Assembly (NCBI GenBank): GCA_964618315.1 | Contig: CAZTWQ010000003.1 | Span: 17,215-81,214, forward strand | DNA: 64,000 nucleotides | Origin: an uncultured Methanosarcinales archaeon | Lineage (GTDB): Archaea > Nanobdellota > Nanobdellia > Woesearchaeales > JACPBV01 | Direction of reading: 5' to 3' | Shown here: piece after piece, positions 9,863 through 18,771 of the stretch | How the letters are laid out: each line of letters begins with the position of its first letter | How positions within the stretch are numbered: position 1 is the stretch's first letter | Notes under the pieces: model-generated | Databases searched by the model: none | The model's input: the letters and a program-made list of their open reading frames with translations, nothing else | Told to the model about the DNA's origin: nothing | Program-made: the position numbers and the translations under genes

Positions 9863-10763
9863 AAATATTTTAAAATTATTAATAGGATTATTCCTCATAG
9901 TTTTTTTTATGAAATGGATTAATCTGGCAGATGCATTCGATTTGATGAAAGATATAAGATTAAGTATATTCTTCTTCACAATTTTCTTGTTATTCCTGGT
10001 TCATTTAACAAAGGCCTTGAGAACTTACTTATTTATGAAGTCATTAAATTTCAAACTTAACTTTCATAAAAACTTCATAGTACATATGATTGTACCGATA
10101 ATAGGCAGATTTACACCTGGACAGATAGGAGAAGGTGCTAAGATATTCTTCCTTGGAAAAAATAAAGAGATCACATTTACATTCATACTTGAAAAAGTGA
10201 TAGATATAATAATCTTGATGGTAATTTCATTATTTGCCATTATAAATTTCAAATTTTTTGTGAAATCCTACTTAATATTTATTTTATTAGCGATAATTGG
10301 GGTAATAGCCCTGCTAAATATTGAAAAGATACTAAACCTTATATTAAGAAGAAAAGTATTTGAGAAAAAATGGTTTAAGATATATCTTAGAAAATCATCA
10401 CCTAAAAACTTAGCATTATTTTTATTCTTTTCATTGATAGTAAGACTGCTGCTGTTGATATTCCCCTATTTTATTGCCCTATCTATGAATATAAAGATTA
10501 GTTTGTTAATGATAATCCAGGCGTATTCACTCGCAATGCTTGTAGGTATAGTCTCAGGATTACCAGGGGGCCTTGGCTCAAAAGAATTCACATTGACCTT
10601 TTTACTTATTAACTTTGCATACTTAAACAAAGATATAGCAGGTATATACACATTATTCATAACATTTAGTTTGATATTGGGAGAATCTTTATTCGCATCG
10701 ATTTCGTATCTAATCTACAAATTAAATCTTTTCACAGATAAAGATTCTCCTCAAACCGATTAG
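9834..10763 (+). CDS. UPF0104 / LPG-synthase-TM-like 'flippase-like' membrane protein
   Basis: About 310 aa, about 8 TM helices, lysine-rich N-terminus, PGQIGEGAKIFFL motif. Paralog at 59567..60511. Confidence 0.65.
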   Translation: MRNWIKKKSKNILKLLIGLFLIVFFMKWINLADAFDLMKDIRLSIFFFTIFLLFLVHLTKALRTYLFMKSLNFKLNFHKNFIVHMIVPIIGRFTPGQIGEGAKIFFLGKNKEITFTFILEKVIDIIILMVISLFAIINFKFFVKSYLIFILLAIIGVIALLNIEKILNLILRRKVFEKKWFKIYLRKSSPKNLALFLFFSLIVRLLLLIFPYFIALSMNIKISLLMIIQAYSLAMLVGIVSGLPGGLGSKEFTLTFLLINFAYLNKDIAGIYTLFITFSLILGESLFASISYLIYKLNLFTDKDSPQTD

Positions 10764-11501
10764 CTGCATTAGATTATTTTTAAATAATTTTTCTAGGAAT
10801 TCTCCAATTTTTGTAATGAATCTAGGTCCCTGAGCTATAAGGACTGTTGTTTGTTCTTTTTTTATCTTTAAACCTGCATCATGTATGTATTTTATCAATT
10901 TTTTTCTCCTTAAGAACCTATGGGGCCCTTCACTGTGGTGTATATTTAAAACTGCCACAACCCAATGTATTGGTTCCCATAATATATTAGGTGTAGTTAT
11001 TATTATCTGCCCGCTTCTTTTACAAACTCTTGCGATTTCTTTTATGAATTTCCCAGGATTAGAAAAGTGCTCTACAGTCTCAAAACACAACACACTATCA
11101 AAAGTATTATCTTTTAAGGGAAGTGGCAAATCTGTAAATTTCAATAATTTATAATTGTCTATCTTATTATTTTCAAGTTTATTCCCACATATATTCAAAA
11201 ATTCTTGTGAAACATCAGCACAAATTACATTAGATATCTTCCCTTTCTTATGAAAAAAAACAGTCCCATTGCCTGGTCTGCAGCATATATCTAACACATA
11301 ACCCTGATCCTTCAAATTACTTAATTCAAAACTATCCTCAAATCTCCTTGGATAAGCATAAGTTTTATCATCTATCTGTTCATAATCATAAACCGAATCC
11401 CAGAATTCTCCAACTTCCCTGTAGCCCCATTTTCTCTTCTTAATATAACTGACTTCTTTTCTAAACCGCTTAAATAAACCTTTTAACTGCATCATTATCA
11501 C
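10722..11501 (-). CDS. Class I SAM-dependent methyltransferase
   Basis: Motif I VLDICCRPGNG; post-motif VLCFETVEHFSNP. The start overlaps the upstream stop (ATGA). Confidence 0.8.
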   Translation of the reverse strand: MIMMQLKGLFKRFRKEVSYIKKRKWGYREVGEFWDSVYDYEQIDDKTYAYPRRFEDSFELSNLKDQGYVLDICCRPGNGTVFFHKKGKISNVICADVSQEFLNICGNKLENNKIDNYKLLKFTDLPLPLKDNTFDSVLCFETVEHFSNPGKFIKEIARVCKRSGQIIITTPNILWEPIHWVVAVLNIHHSEGPHRFLRRKKLIKYIHDAGLKIKKEQTTVLIAQGPRFITKIGEFLEKLFKNNLMQLIGLRRIFICEKI

Positions 11502-12142
11502 TCAAATTTTTTAACATATTTCTTTTCAATCTTGGATCTTATTGCTTTTTTTATAAACAAAGGCAGTTTAAAATAGAATCTCCTAAAAATTCTCCTTGCA
11601 TTTATTTTAAGAAAACCTTTTTCCCCCACCTTAAAATTATAATTATTATATGAAACTAATTGCTCAACATCATCATTCCTTTTATGGGGCTTAGGTTCAT
11701 CAGAAGGGTAACCTAAAGCAATATAAGCAATGGGATCGTAATGATGGGGGATATGTAGTAATCCCCTAAGATCATTCTTATTAGGTAACTGACATATCCA
11801 ACAACTACCCAATCCTAATGAATGTGATTTAAGGAGCATATTTTGTATGCACGCAGAAGCACTTTGGATATGGTCATTGTACTCAAGATTATCTGTTTGA
11901 TTCTTATAAAGAACCAATATCCCGATGGGGGCTGCACTTATGACAACAGACCCGCCCAAATCAATGATTCTATTCATCAACTTTTTGTTATCAATTATAA
12001 TAAATTTCCATTCTTGATGATTACAAGCACTTGGCGCCCAAATACCTGATTCCAGAATTGCATTTATTATTTTTTCATCTACTTTATCATCAGAAAACTT
12101 ACGTATGCTTCTCCTATTCCGAATAGCCTGTTCTAGTTTCAT
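11498..12142 (-). CDS. Nitroreductase-family flavoprotein
   Basis: RRSIRKFSDDKV...APSACNHQEWKFIII, the typical nitroreductase N-terminal signature. Confidence 0.85.
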   Translation of the reverse strand: MKLEQAIRNRRSIRKFSDDKVDEKIINAILESGIWAPSACNHQEWKFIIIDNKKLMNRIIDLGGSVVISAAPIGILVLYKNQTDNLEYNDHIQSASACIQNMLLKSHSLGLGSCWICQLPNKNDLRGLLHIPHHYDPIAYIALGYPSDEPKPHKRNDDVEQLVSYNNYNFKVGEKGFLKINARRIFRRFYFKLPLFIKKAIRSKIEKKYVKKFE

Positions 12143-12148
12143 AAAAAA

Positions 12149-13015
12149 TTATTTAGTGCTCTTATTTAAAAGGTCTGCTATTCCACCAAGAAAGCAAATC
12201 TGTAATCCCCCAAGTATCAAAAGAATAGGTAATTGACCCACACCCAAAGAATCTGTTAAAACCTGATACGCCCCATGAATTATTCCCGCTATTATAATCA
12301 AAATACCAGGTATTAAGAAAAATTTCAAAGGATTAAAATACATCACAATCTTAAATATCAAAGATATAAAACCAACAAAATCCTTTAAAGGAGAAATAGT
12401 AGATTTCCCAACCCGTTTATGATAATCTATAGGGACATATTTTATAGAATAAGAATTATTGAATGCGACTAAAGTTATAGTAGTAGTAAATGAAAAACCA
12501 TTTGGAAACAACCTAATAAAATTAACGGCAATTTCTTTCTTAAATATCCTGAATCCGGAATTAACATCATCTATTTTTCCATCACACATAAAGTTTACTA
12601 ATAAAGATATAAACCATTTAGCAGGTCGCCTTAAGAAAGGGATATTTACATTTTTACCTTTTCTTGAACCTACAACCATATCATAATCATCAGCAAATTT
12701 TATTAGTTTAGGTATATCACCTATAGGGTATGTTCCATCTGCATCAACTATTAAAACCCAAGGATATTTTGCATTCTTTATCCCTTTTTTCAAAGACGCC
12801 CCATAACCCAAGTTATATGGATTATTAATCAATGTTATTCCAGTTTCCCTATCCAATACATCTTTTGTTGAGTCTGTACTCCCATCATTAACAACAATTA
12901 TCTCATACTCTAATTTAGTAGAAGACATAACTTCCATTATTTGATTGATAGTAGAATGAACAGATTTTTCCTCATTATATGCTGGCAAAAGTACTGTAAT
13001 TTTTTTATCTTTCAT
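12149..13015 (-). CDS. Polyprenyl-phosphate glycosyltransferase, GT2 with C-terminal TM helices
   Basis: ITVLLPAYNEEKSV, IVVNDGSTDST, VDADGT. C-terminal hydrophobic helices. Internal ATG 13015 (MKDKKITV) preferred over 13033. Confidence 0.85.
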   Translation of the reverse strand: MKDKKITVLLPAYNEEKSVHSTINQIMEVMSSTKLEYEIIVVNDGSTDSTKDVLDRETGITLINNPYNLGYGASLKKGIKNAKYPWVLIVDADGTYPIGDIPKLIKFADDYDMVVGSRKGKNVNIPFLRRPAKWFISLLVNFMCDGKIDDVNSGFRIFKKEIAVNFIRLFPNGFSFTTTITLVAFNNSYSIKYVPIDYHKRVGKSTISPLKDFVGFISLIFKIVMYFNPLKFFLIPGILIIIAGIIHGAYQVLTDSLGVGQLPILLILGGLQICFLGGIADLLNKSTK

Positions 13016-13955
13016 TTTTATACCACTCCACAAAAAGCCTAATTCCTTCTTCTATTTTAATCTTTGGGTCATAACCAAATAATCTCTTAGCTTTCGAAAT
13101 ATCTGCATATGTAAGTGGAACATCGCCTTCCTGCATAAGTAATTGGTTTATCTTTACTTTATTACCTATTGCACCCTCAATGACTGATATAAATTTCCTT
13201 AATTCAACTGTATTTGAATTTCCTAGGTTGATTATCTCAAACCCTAAATTTTTATCTAAAGATAGCAAAATCCCATCCACTATATCCTTGACATAAGTAT
13301 AATCTCTTTTTGATGTTCCATCACCATACATATCTATTGGTCCACCTCCAAGAATAAGCTCTGTAAACTTATAAGGTGCCATGTCAGGTCTCCCCCTCGG
13401 ACCATAAACAGTAAAAAATCTTAAGCAAGTCACATTCAAGTCAAAATTATCATGAAACTCATTGCATAGTTCCTCTGCCTTTTTCTTAGTATTTGCATAA
13501 GGGCTTATTATATTTTCAATATGATCATCTTCGGAGAAAGGTATCTTTTTATTTGTCCCATAAACAGATGAACTAGAACCAAAAATAAAATTCTTTATTT
13601 TAAATTCTGTTGCAAACTCCAACATATTCCTAGTTCCATCAACATTAACTCCCCAATATAACCCGGGATTCTCAAAAGAAGCCCTAACTCCTGCTCTCGC
13701 TGCTAAATGCACTATCTTATCAACATTATTCAATTTAAAGACTTCCTTTAACCCTTCATAGTCTGTTATATCCTGCCTATAAAGTATAAAATTAGGATTA
13801 TCTTTAAATCCAGAAATATTCTTTTCTTTAGTCTTCGGATCATAATAATCATTGAAGTTATCCACGCAGATTACTTTATTTTCCTTAGACAAAAGAGTTT
13901 CACAAACATGACTACCTATAAATCCTGCTCCACCTGTAACTAGTACTGTTTCCAT
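13005..13955 (-). CDS. NAD-dependent nucleotide-sugar epimerase (UDP-glucuronate 4-epimerase-like SDR)
   Basis: METVLVTGGAGFIGSH, YANTKKKAE (YxxxK), RFFTVYGPRGRPDMAPYKF. ATG 13955 preferred; the track ORF extends to 14096. Confidence 0.85.
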   Translation of the reverse strand: METVLVTGGAGFIGSHVCETLLSKENKVICVDNFNDYYDPKTKEKNISGFKDNPNFILYRQDITDYEGLKEVFKLNNVDKIVHLAARAGVRASFENPGLYWGVNVDGTRNMLEFATEFKIKNFIFGSSSSVYGTNKKIPFSEDDHIENIISPYANTKKKAEELCNEFHDNFDLNVTCLRFFTVYGPRGRPDMAPYKFTELILGGGPIDMYGDGTSKRDYTYVKDIVDGILLSLDKNLGFEIINLGNSNTVELRKFISVIEGAIGNKVKINQLLMQEGDVPLTYADISKAKRLFGYDPKIKIEEGIRLFVEWYKNER

Positions 13956-14115
13956 ACCCCAAGGGATTAATTTTTCGTTTATAAATGTGTCGGAAAAAGC
14001 TACGCTTTTTATTGTCCTATGCCAAATATTATTTTCTGACATGTCGAAAACTAAATGATTCCAGTATGTTATCTTTAACGAAAATATTAAATACAATCAA
14101 AAATCCCTTGACTGA

Positions 14116-15813
14116 ATGGGGGATAGAATAAAATTTAACCTGGAATACACCACTATAATAATATTCATGGGAGTATTCCTATACCTAGGAGTTGCAAATC
14201 CATGGGATAATACCTTAGCACATGACTTCCCTTATTCTTATCTTGCTTCAGATGCATTCTTTCATCAATCAGTTGCCCAACATACAAAAGATGTAGGCAG
14301 ATATTGGTTTACTCCTTCTTATGAAGTGGGTGGTCATAAAGGGGTCTTTGAACAGCACCCCCCAGTATTATTTGAAGTTACAGCAGCATTTTCGCATTTA
14401 TCAGGTATTGAAGTTTATGACAGCATATTCTTCATCGCAGTCCTATCATGTTTATTATTTGCACTCATTTTCTATATTATAGCTAGACAAGTAAATAAAT
14501 ATATTGCGATACTATCATTGCCAATTATGACTTTAATTTTCAAAGGACCATTCAATGTTTGGATGTTCTGGGGTTATTGGATGTTTGTCATTGGTGTCCT
14601 ATTTATGGTTGCTTCAATTTGGTCAGCTACAAAAATAGGCCTAAAACATTCCTATATCCTAATAGGCATTTTCTTAGCAGGGGCTATGCTATCACATCAA
14701 CCAGAACTAGTATTTGCTGTAGGCTATTTGACATTATTCCTAGTAATAGATATAATAAAGAACAAAAAAATAAATATTGATTATATTAAAAAAGTGATAT
14801 TTGCCGGACTCATAAGCATCCCATTATCATTATTTAATATGATTATATTCAGTAAAACATTCCTAAAATCTGAAGGTTATAGGAATGTATGGGATATAAA
14901 AAACGTAGCAGCACTGAGTGGACTTCCTGAAATGCCCTGGGCATCCTTAGGTATTGCAGGGGTCATAACAGTCATAGGTCTCGTCCTGTTCTTTATATCC
15001 AATAAAAAGAAAACCACAATTCCAGCGTCTATATCATTATTTTCTTTTCTTCTTGGATACCTAATCATTATTGGAATGGGAAAAAGATCATACACCCACA
15101 GGTTCTTCTGGTTTATATATGCATCATTCTTTTTTGGATTTGCCCTGTACTATATCTTAAAGAAAATAAAAGCCTCCAGATTAATTTACGTATCTGCGAT
15201 AACAATTATACTAATATTTATTATTTCACAACCAATCTTCAGTCAAACGAATAGAGGTGCAGGTATTATGGATCCTTTTAACTGGGGTGGTTTAGAATGG
15301 ATCAGTAAAAACACACCAGAAGATTCACATATCTATTACTTCTTTTCCAATGCACTTGCCCACAATGCCCCATTATATTCATCTAAACGAGTTTCATTCA
15401 ATATAAACACAAATAAATTCATAGAAGATCTTCAATCGGGACAGATAAAAAGAGTATATCAATTTGGTCTCGCAGACTCATACTCCACCTATATATGCAA
15501 AAAAAGCAGATTTTCATTTGGCTATTTCAGAAACCATCTTAAACCAAAAAACGACAGTAATTATAAATGTGAAACAAACCGTAAAAAACTGGAATATGCC
15601 CCTATAGAAACAACTACCAAGGATATATGTAACATAGAATATTATTATTTCAATAAAGCTTCTGACCCGCCAGCCCTAGCACAGTATAATCTTGCAATAA
15701 GAAATATATTGATTCAAAACAACTGGATTACAGAAGTTTATAATAACCAATTAGTATCTATATTAAAAAATAATCAAATCGGAGCGGATTGTATTGAAAA
15801 CAACACTCAATAA
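14116..15813 (+). CDS. Polytopic membrane protein, GT-C-like (putative glycan transferase/polymerase)
   Basis: More than 10 predicted TM helices. First-loop acidic motif ASDAFFH, similar to the loops of 16500..18056 and 56172..58040. C-terminal soluble domain. Confidence 0.65.
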   Translation: MGDRIKFNLEYTTIIIFMGVFLYLGVANPWDNTLAHDFPYSYLASDAFFHQSVAQHTKDVGRYWFTPSYEVGGHKGVFEQHPPVLFEVTAAFSHLSGIEVYDSIFFIAVLSCLLFALIFYIIARQVNKYIAILSLPIMTLIFKGPFNVWMFWGYWMFVIGVLFMVASIWSATKIGLKHSYILIGIFLAGAMLSHQPELVFAVGYLTLFLVIDIIKNKKINIDYIKKVIFAGLISIPLSLFNMIIFSKTFLKSEGYRNVWDIKNVAALSGLPEMPWASLGIAGVITVIGLVLFFISNKKKTTIPASISLFSFLLGYLIIIGMGKRSYTHRFFWFIYASFFFGFALYYILKKIKASRLIYVSAITIILIFIISQPIFSQTNRGAGIMDPFNWGGLEWISKNTPEDSHIYYFFSNALAHNAPLYSSKRVSFNINTNKFIEDLQSGQIKRVYQFGLADSYSTYICKKSRFSFGYFRNHLKPKNDSNYKCETNRKKLEYAPIETTTKDICNIEYYYFNKASDPPALAQYNLAIRNILIQNNWITEVYNNQLVSILKNNQIGADCIENNTQ

Positions 15814-16174
15814 ATTAAAACAAGAACTGATTTACCTAACAATATTATTAGTTATACTAATAGTATTATTCAAGATACTATTTCACAAAGAAACATTTAC
15901 AATTATATTGAGAACAATCCTGACCATTTTCTGGTTATTCCTCCTACCGGGCTATTCGATAATGTTTTACTGGAACAATAAATTAAACTTCTTAGAAAGA
16001 CTAATCATAGGTACTGTTCTAGGAATAGCAATAATTGGAGTAATAGGATATAATCTGGGTTTGATTGGAATAACTATAATATACCATACAATTTTTCTTC
16101 CAATAATAACGATAGCCATTGCATCATTTATTACATGGAAAAAGATTAAAAAAGAGAATCAAACAGATCAATAA
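15794..16174 (+). CDS. Small 4-TM membrane protein homologous to the N-terminal module of the 56172..58040 GT-C protein
   Basis: TTG start preceded by GGAG. LPGYSIMFYWNNKLNFLERLIIGTVLG aligns with GLGYSISFFLKSSNNLFERNLMRIGFGLG of the 640-aa protein, with identical spacing between GYSI and ER. Confidence 0.55.
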   Translation: MKTTLNKLKQELIYLTILLVILIVLFKILFHKETFTIILRTILTIFWLFLLPGYSIMFYWNNKLNFLERLIIGTVLGIAIIGVIGYNLGLIGITIIYHTIFLPIITIAIASFITWKKIKKENQTDQ

Positions 16175-16186
16175 CAAAAACAATAA

Positions 16187-16516
16187 TCAATGTTTTTTCT
16201 TCTTTAACAAAAATCCAACTAAAATCAATAAAATAAAGCTTATAACAATTGCTAGCCTAAAAGATATCAAAACCCCCAACCAATAAACCAGCAAAGGTAA
16301 AAACCCTACTCCAATAAACAAAGAAAAAATAACTTTCTCACCCCGTGAAATATCAAACTTATCAAAAATCAAATAAAACGGCAGGAAGAAAACAAGCAAC
16401 ATACCAAATATTACCTTAAAGCCAATAAAACCTAGAAAACTAAATGAAAATAATCCTATTAAAACTAAAATTATTCCTGCAGTGGTCTTATCATCAAGCT
16501 TAATTCTCAAATTCAT
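16187..16516 (-). CDS. Small membrane protein, same TM module family
   Basis: FIGVGFLPLLVYWLGVL matches FGLGVIPLLGVILNLL of the 640-aa protein. Overlaps the stop of the upstream GT-C-like gene by 17 nt. Confidence 0.55.
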   Translation of the reverse strand: MNLRIKLDDKTTAGIILVLIGLFSFSFLGFIGFKVIFGMLLVFFLPFYLIFDKFDISRGEKVIFSLFIGVGFLPLLVYWLGVLISFRLAIVISFILLILVGFLLKKKKH

Positions 16517-18056
16517 ACACCTTTATTAATTCTTTATCATATAACTTAGTATTGTTAATCAGGTTTTGCTCCCAACTTTGAACCAAATTTAACCCATCCT
16601 GATGTCCAACAGCTGCAAAATCCGAATAATCAATGATGATATAACTTATGTTATAATCATCAAGACTATGATCTGGGTAATTACCAACAAATCTTTGGCT
16701 TACCATCCACATCCACCTACTCTTTGCCAAGGATATAGACCCCACATGATACATCTCAGCATCTTCAGGTATATTTTCCATCGCCCATCTAGTAAATTCA
16801 TATTGATGTGGGTTTAATCTCGATATGCCTGTATATGCCCCTTTCAGAGAAGTGTTTGCTGCTATTCCTATTGAAATAAAAATAAAAACTATGAAAGAAG
16901 TGATCAAACCATATTTGATAATATTCTTATATCCATTTATCTTAGGTATTAGAGAAATCAGATACAACAAACCCAAAACAATCAACGGATAGAATATATG
17001 TGTTGTCCCACTTAATGATCTATGAACCCTCCCCTTACCTATAACATCAAGATGTATCATAATATACAAACTAACTAACCACCCAAGCATAACTAAGTCT
17101 TTTTTATTTCTTCTTAATAAAAGGAACAATATCCCCAACAATAACAAAGGTATTGTCCAGTAAGGCCCAATCATAGGTTTATAGAAAAAATAAGACTGAG
17201 GAACCCCTGGATTATCTAGTTGAGGCTTAAACCAATAAACTAATCTGCTTAAATCTCCAACAGCCGCACTATCACCCTTATCTGTCCTTAATCTCACAAT
17301 TACATTCATAGATTGTAAAGGAAACATGCTAACAATCAATAAAAATAATACAATAGCAATAAACACGTGCTTAATGTTAAAAAATATCTTTCTTTCTTTA
17401 ATTAAAAAGAACAAACCAATTATAATTAAAGCGGCAATTGAATGAAAAAAATCCATAGGATGTATAAATAAGTTAATAACCAAAAATAAAGACATGAGAT
17501 ATAGATATATTGGTTTGTTTTCCCCCTTCAGATAAGTAGTACAATATTTATAAAAACAATAAAGTATCAAAGGTAAATATGCAAAACCCATCCTTTCAGG
17601 CCATTGCCCCCAAAGATAAATCATGATATCCCTCATTGAAAATATAAGCATAATTCCAGATATCAAAGCAGCCTCAAACCCAAAAAACCGCCTCATGATA
17701 AAATAAACAGCTAAAACAATCAAAGAACATAAGATTGCATTTGCCAGAAATATTGGAACATCACTCTCACCACCAAATACAGCAGCAATAGCTAAAGAAG
17801 TATGAAAAGATGGAGGATACCAAAGAACATGCTCCCTAAATTTATTAGCCTTACCATATCTCATATCAATATAATAAGGCAATGTTGTAATAGACCTATC
17901 TGATTCATATGTATAATCTGCAATAGAATAATGCGATGCTGCATCAACTTCCCCATAAGGAATTGGATTATTTTGGATAGGCAAAGTCCAGAAATATAAA
18001 CAAGTAAGATAAAGCAAGGTTACAATTATTGCTTCAACATTTCTATTGATCTTCAT
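16500..18056 (-). CDS. Polytopic membrane protein, GT-C-like
   Basis: More than 10 TM helices. First-loop motif YGEVDAASHYSIADY. C-terminal soluble domain. Confidence 0.65.
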   Translation of the reverse strand: MKINRNVEAIIVTLLYLTCLYFWTLPIQNNPIPYGEVDAASHYSIADYTYESDRSITTLPYYIDMRYGKANKFREHVLWYPPSFHTSLAIAAVFGGESDVPIFLANAILCSLIVLAVYFIMRRFFGFEAALISGIMLIFSMRDIMIYLWGQWPERMGFAYLPLILYCFYKYCTTYLKGENKPIYLYLMSLFLVINLFIHPMDFFHSIAALIIIGLFFLIKERKIFFNIKHVFIAIVLFLLIVSMFPLQSMNVIVRLRTDKGDSAAVGDLSRLVYWFKPQLDNPGVPQSYFFYKPMIGPYWTIPLLLLGILFLLLRRNKKDLVMLGWLVSLYIMIHLDVIGKGRVHRSLSGTTHIFYPLIVLGLLYLISLIPKINGYKNIIKYGLITSFIVFIFISIGIAANTSLKGAYTGISRLNPHQYEFTRWAMENIPEDAEMYHVGSISLAKSRWMWMVSQRFVGNYPDHSLDDYNISYIIIDYSDFAAVGHQDGLNLVQSWEQNLINNTKLYDKELIKVYEFEN

Positions 18057-18757
18057 TTTCTTGCAGCAATAACAATCTGCTCACCTAAGTTTTTAGTCAA
18101 ATCAGAAAAATGAATCATACTATCTTTGATAAAATTAGGGATTAATTTGCTCTTGACAGGAAAAAGTATATTAGGTGAAGTTAATTTTACAACCTTAAAC
18201 TTATTCTTATTCAATTGCTTTCTTAAAATTAAAGGTGTATATGCCCTTATATGCCCATTAGTACACTCATTTATGCAATACTCTAACCCATTTGGATAGC
18301 CCCCAAAAATAAGCTTGATCCTGCTTGTAAACGAAGCAACATTTGGTGTAGTGATAAACAAAAAACCCCCGTTTTTAAGCACCCTATGAATTTCCTGCAA
18401 CAAAAAATCAGTATCAAAAATATGTTCAATAACTTCACACATGATTATAACATCAAAAGTATTGTTTTTGTAAGGGAACCTCTTAGCCAAATCAGCTACC
18501 TGAGCTTTTATCCCATTAAGTTTAGCTCTATCTATTGCCCTTTTAGCTATATCAACACCATAAACATCAAAATGAAACCGTTTCTTCAAGATTGCCGCAA
18601 AAGACCCATCTGAACAACCAATATCCAGAAGACTCTTACCCTTCTTTTCTGGAACATACCTGCTTATCAAAGCATGCACTTTCTTAAGGTTAAATTTATC
18701 ATCTCGATATTCCTTAATATCTGCAAACCTTTTTTCGCTGAATTTTTGAGTATTCAT
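18053..18757 (-). CDS. Class I SAM-dependent methyltransferase (type 11)
   Basis: LLDIGCSDGSF motif I; DVIIMCEVIEHIFD. ATG 18757, or alternatively GTG 18775 overlapping the upstream stop. Confidence 0.8.
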   Translation of the reverse strand: MNTQKFSEKRFADIKEYRDDKFNLKKVHALISRYVPEKKGKSLLDIGCSDGSFAAILKKRFHFDVYGVDIAKRAIDRAKLNGIKAQVADLAKRFPYKNNTFDVIIMCEVIEHIFDTDFLLQEIHRVLKNGGFLFITTPNVASFTSRIKLIFGGYPNGLEYCINECTNGHIRAYTPLILRKQLNKNKFKVVKLTSPNILFPVKSKLIPNFIKDSMIHFSDLTKNLGEQIVIAARK

Positions 18758-18771
18758 TTTAAATATAAAAT

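Noticed and set aside
11498-12142. Nitroreductase-family protein as BluB (dimethylbenzimidazole synthase) supplying the B12-dependent rSAMs
   Set aside because: The N-terminal signature is that of a generic nitroreductase (PSACNHQEWKF). I see none of the BluB-specific blocks I recall (PSVG.MQPW), and there are no other cobalamin genes nearby.
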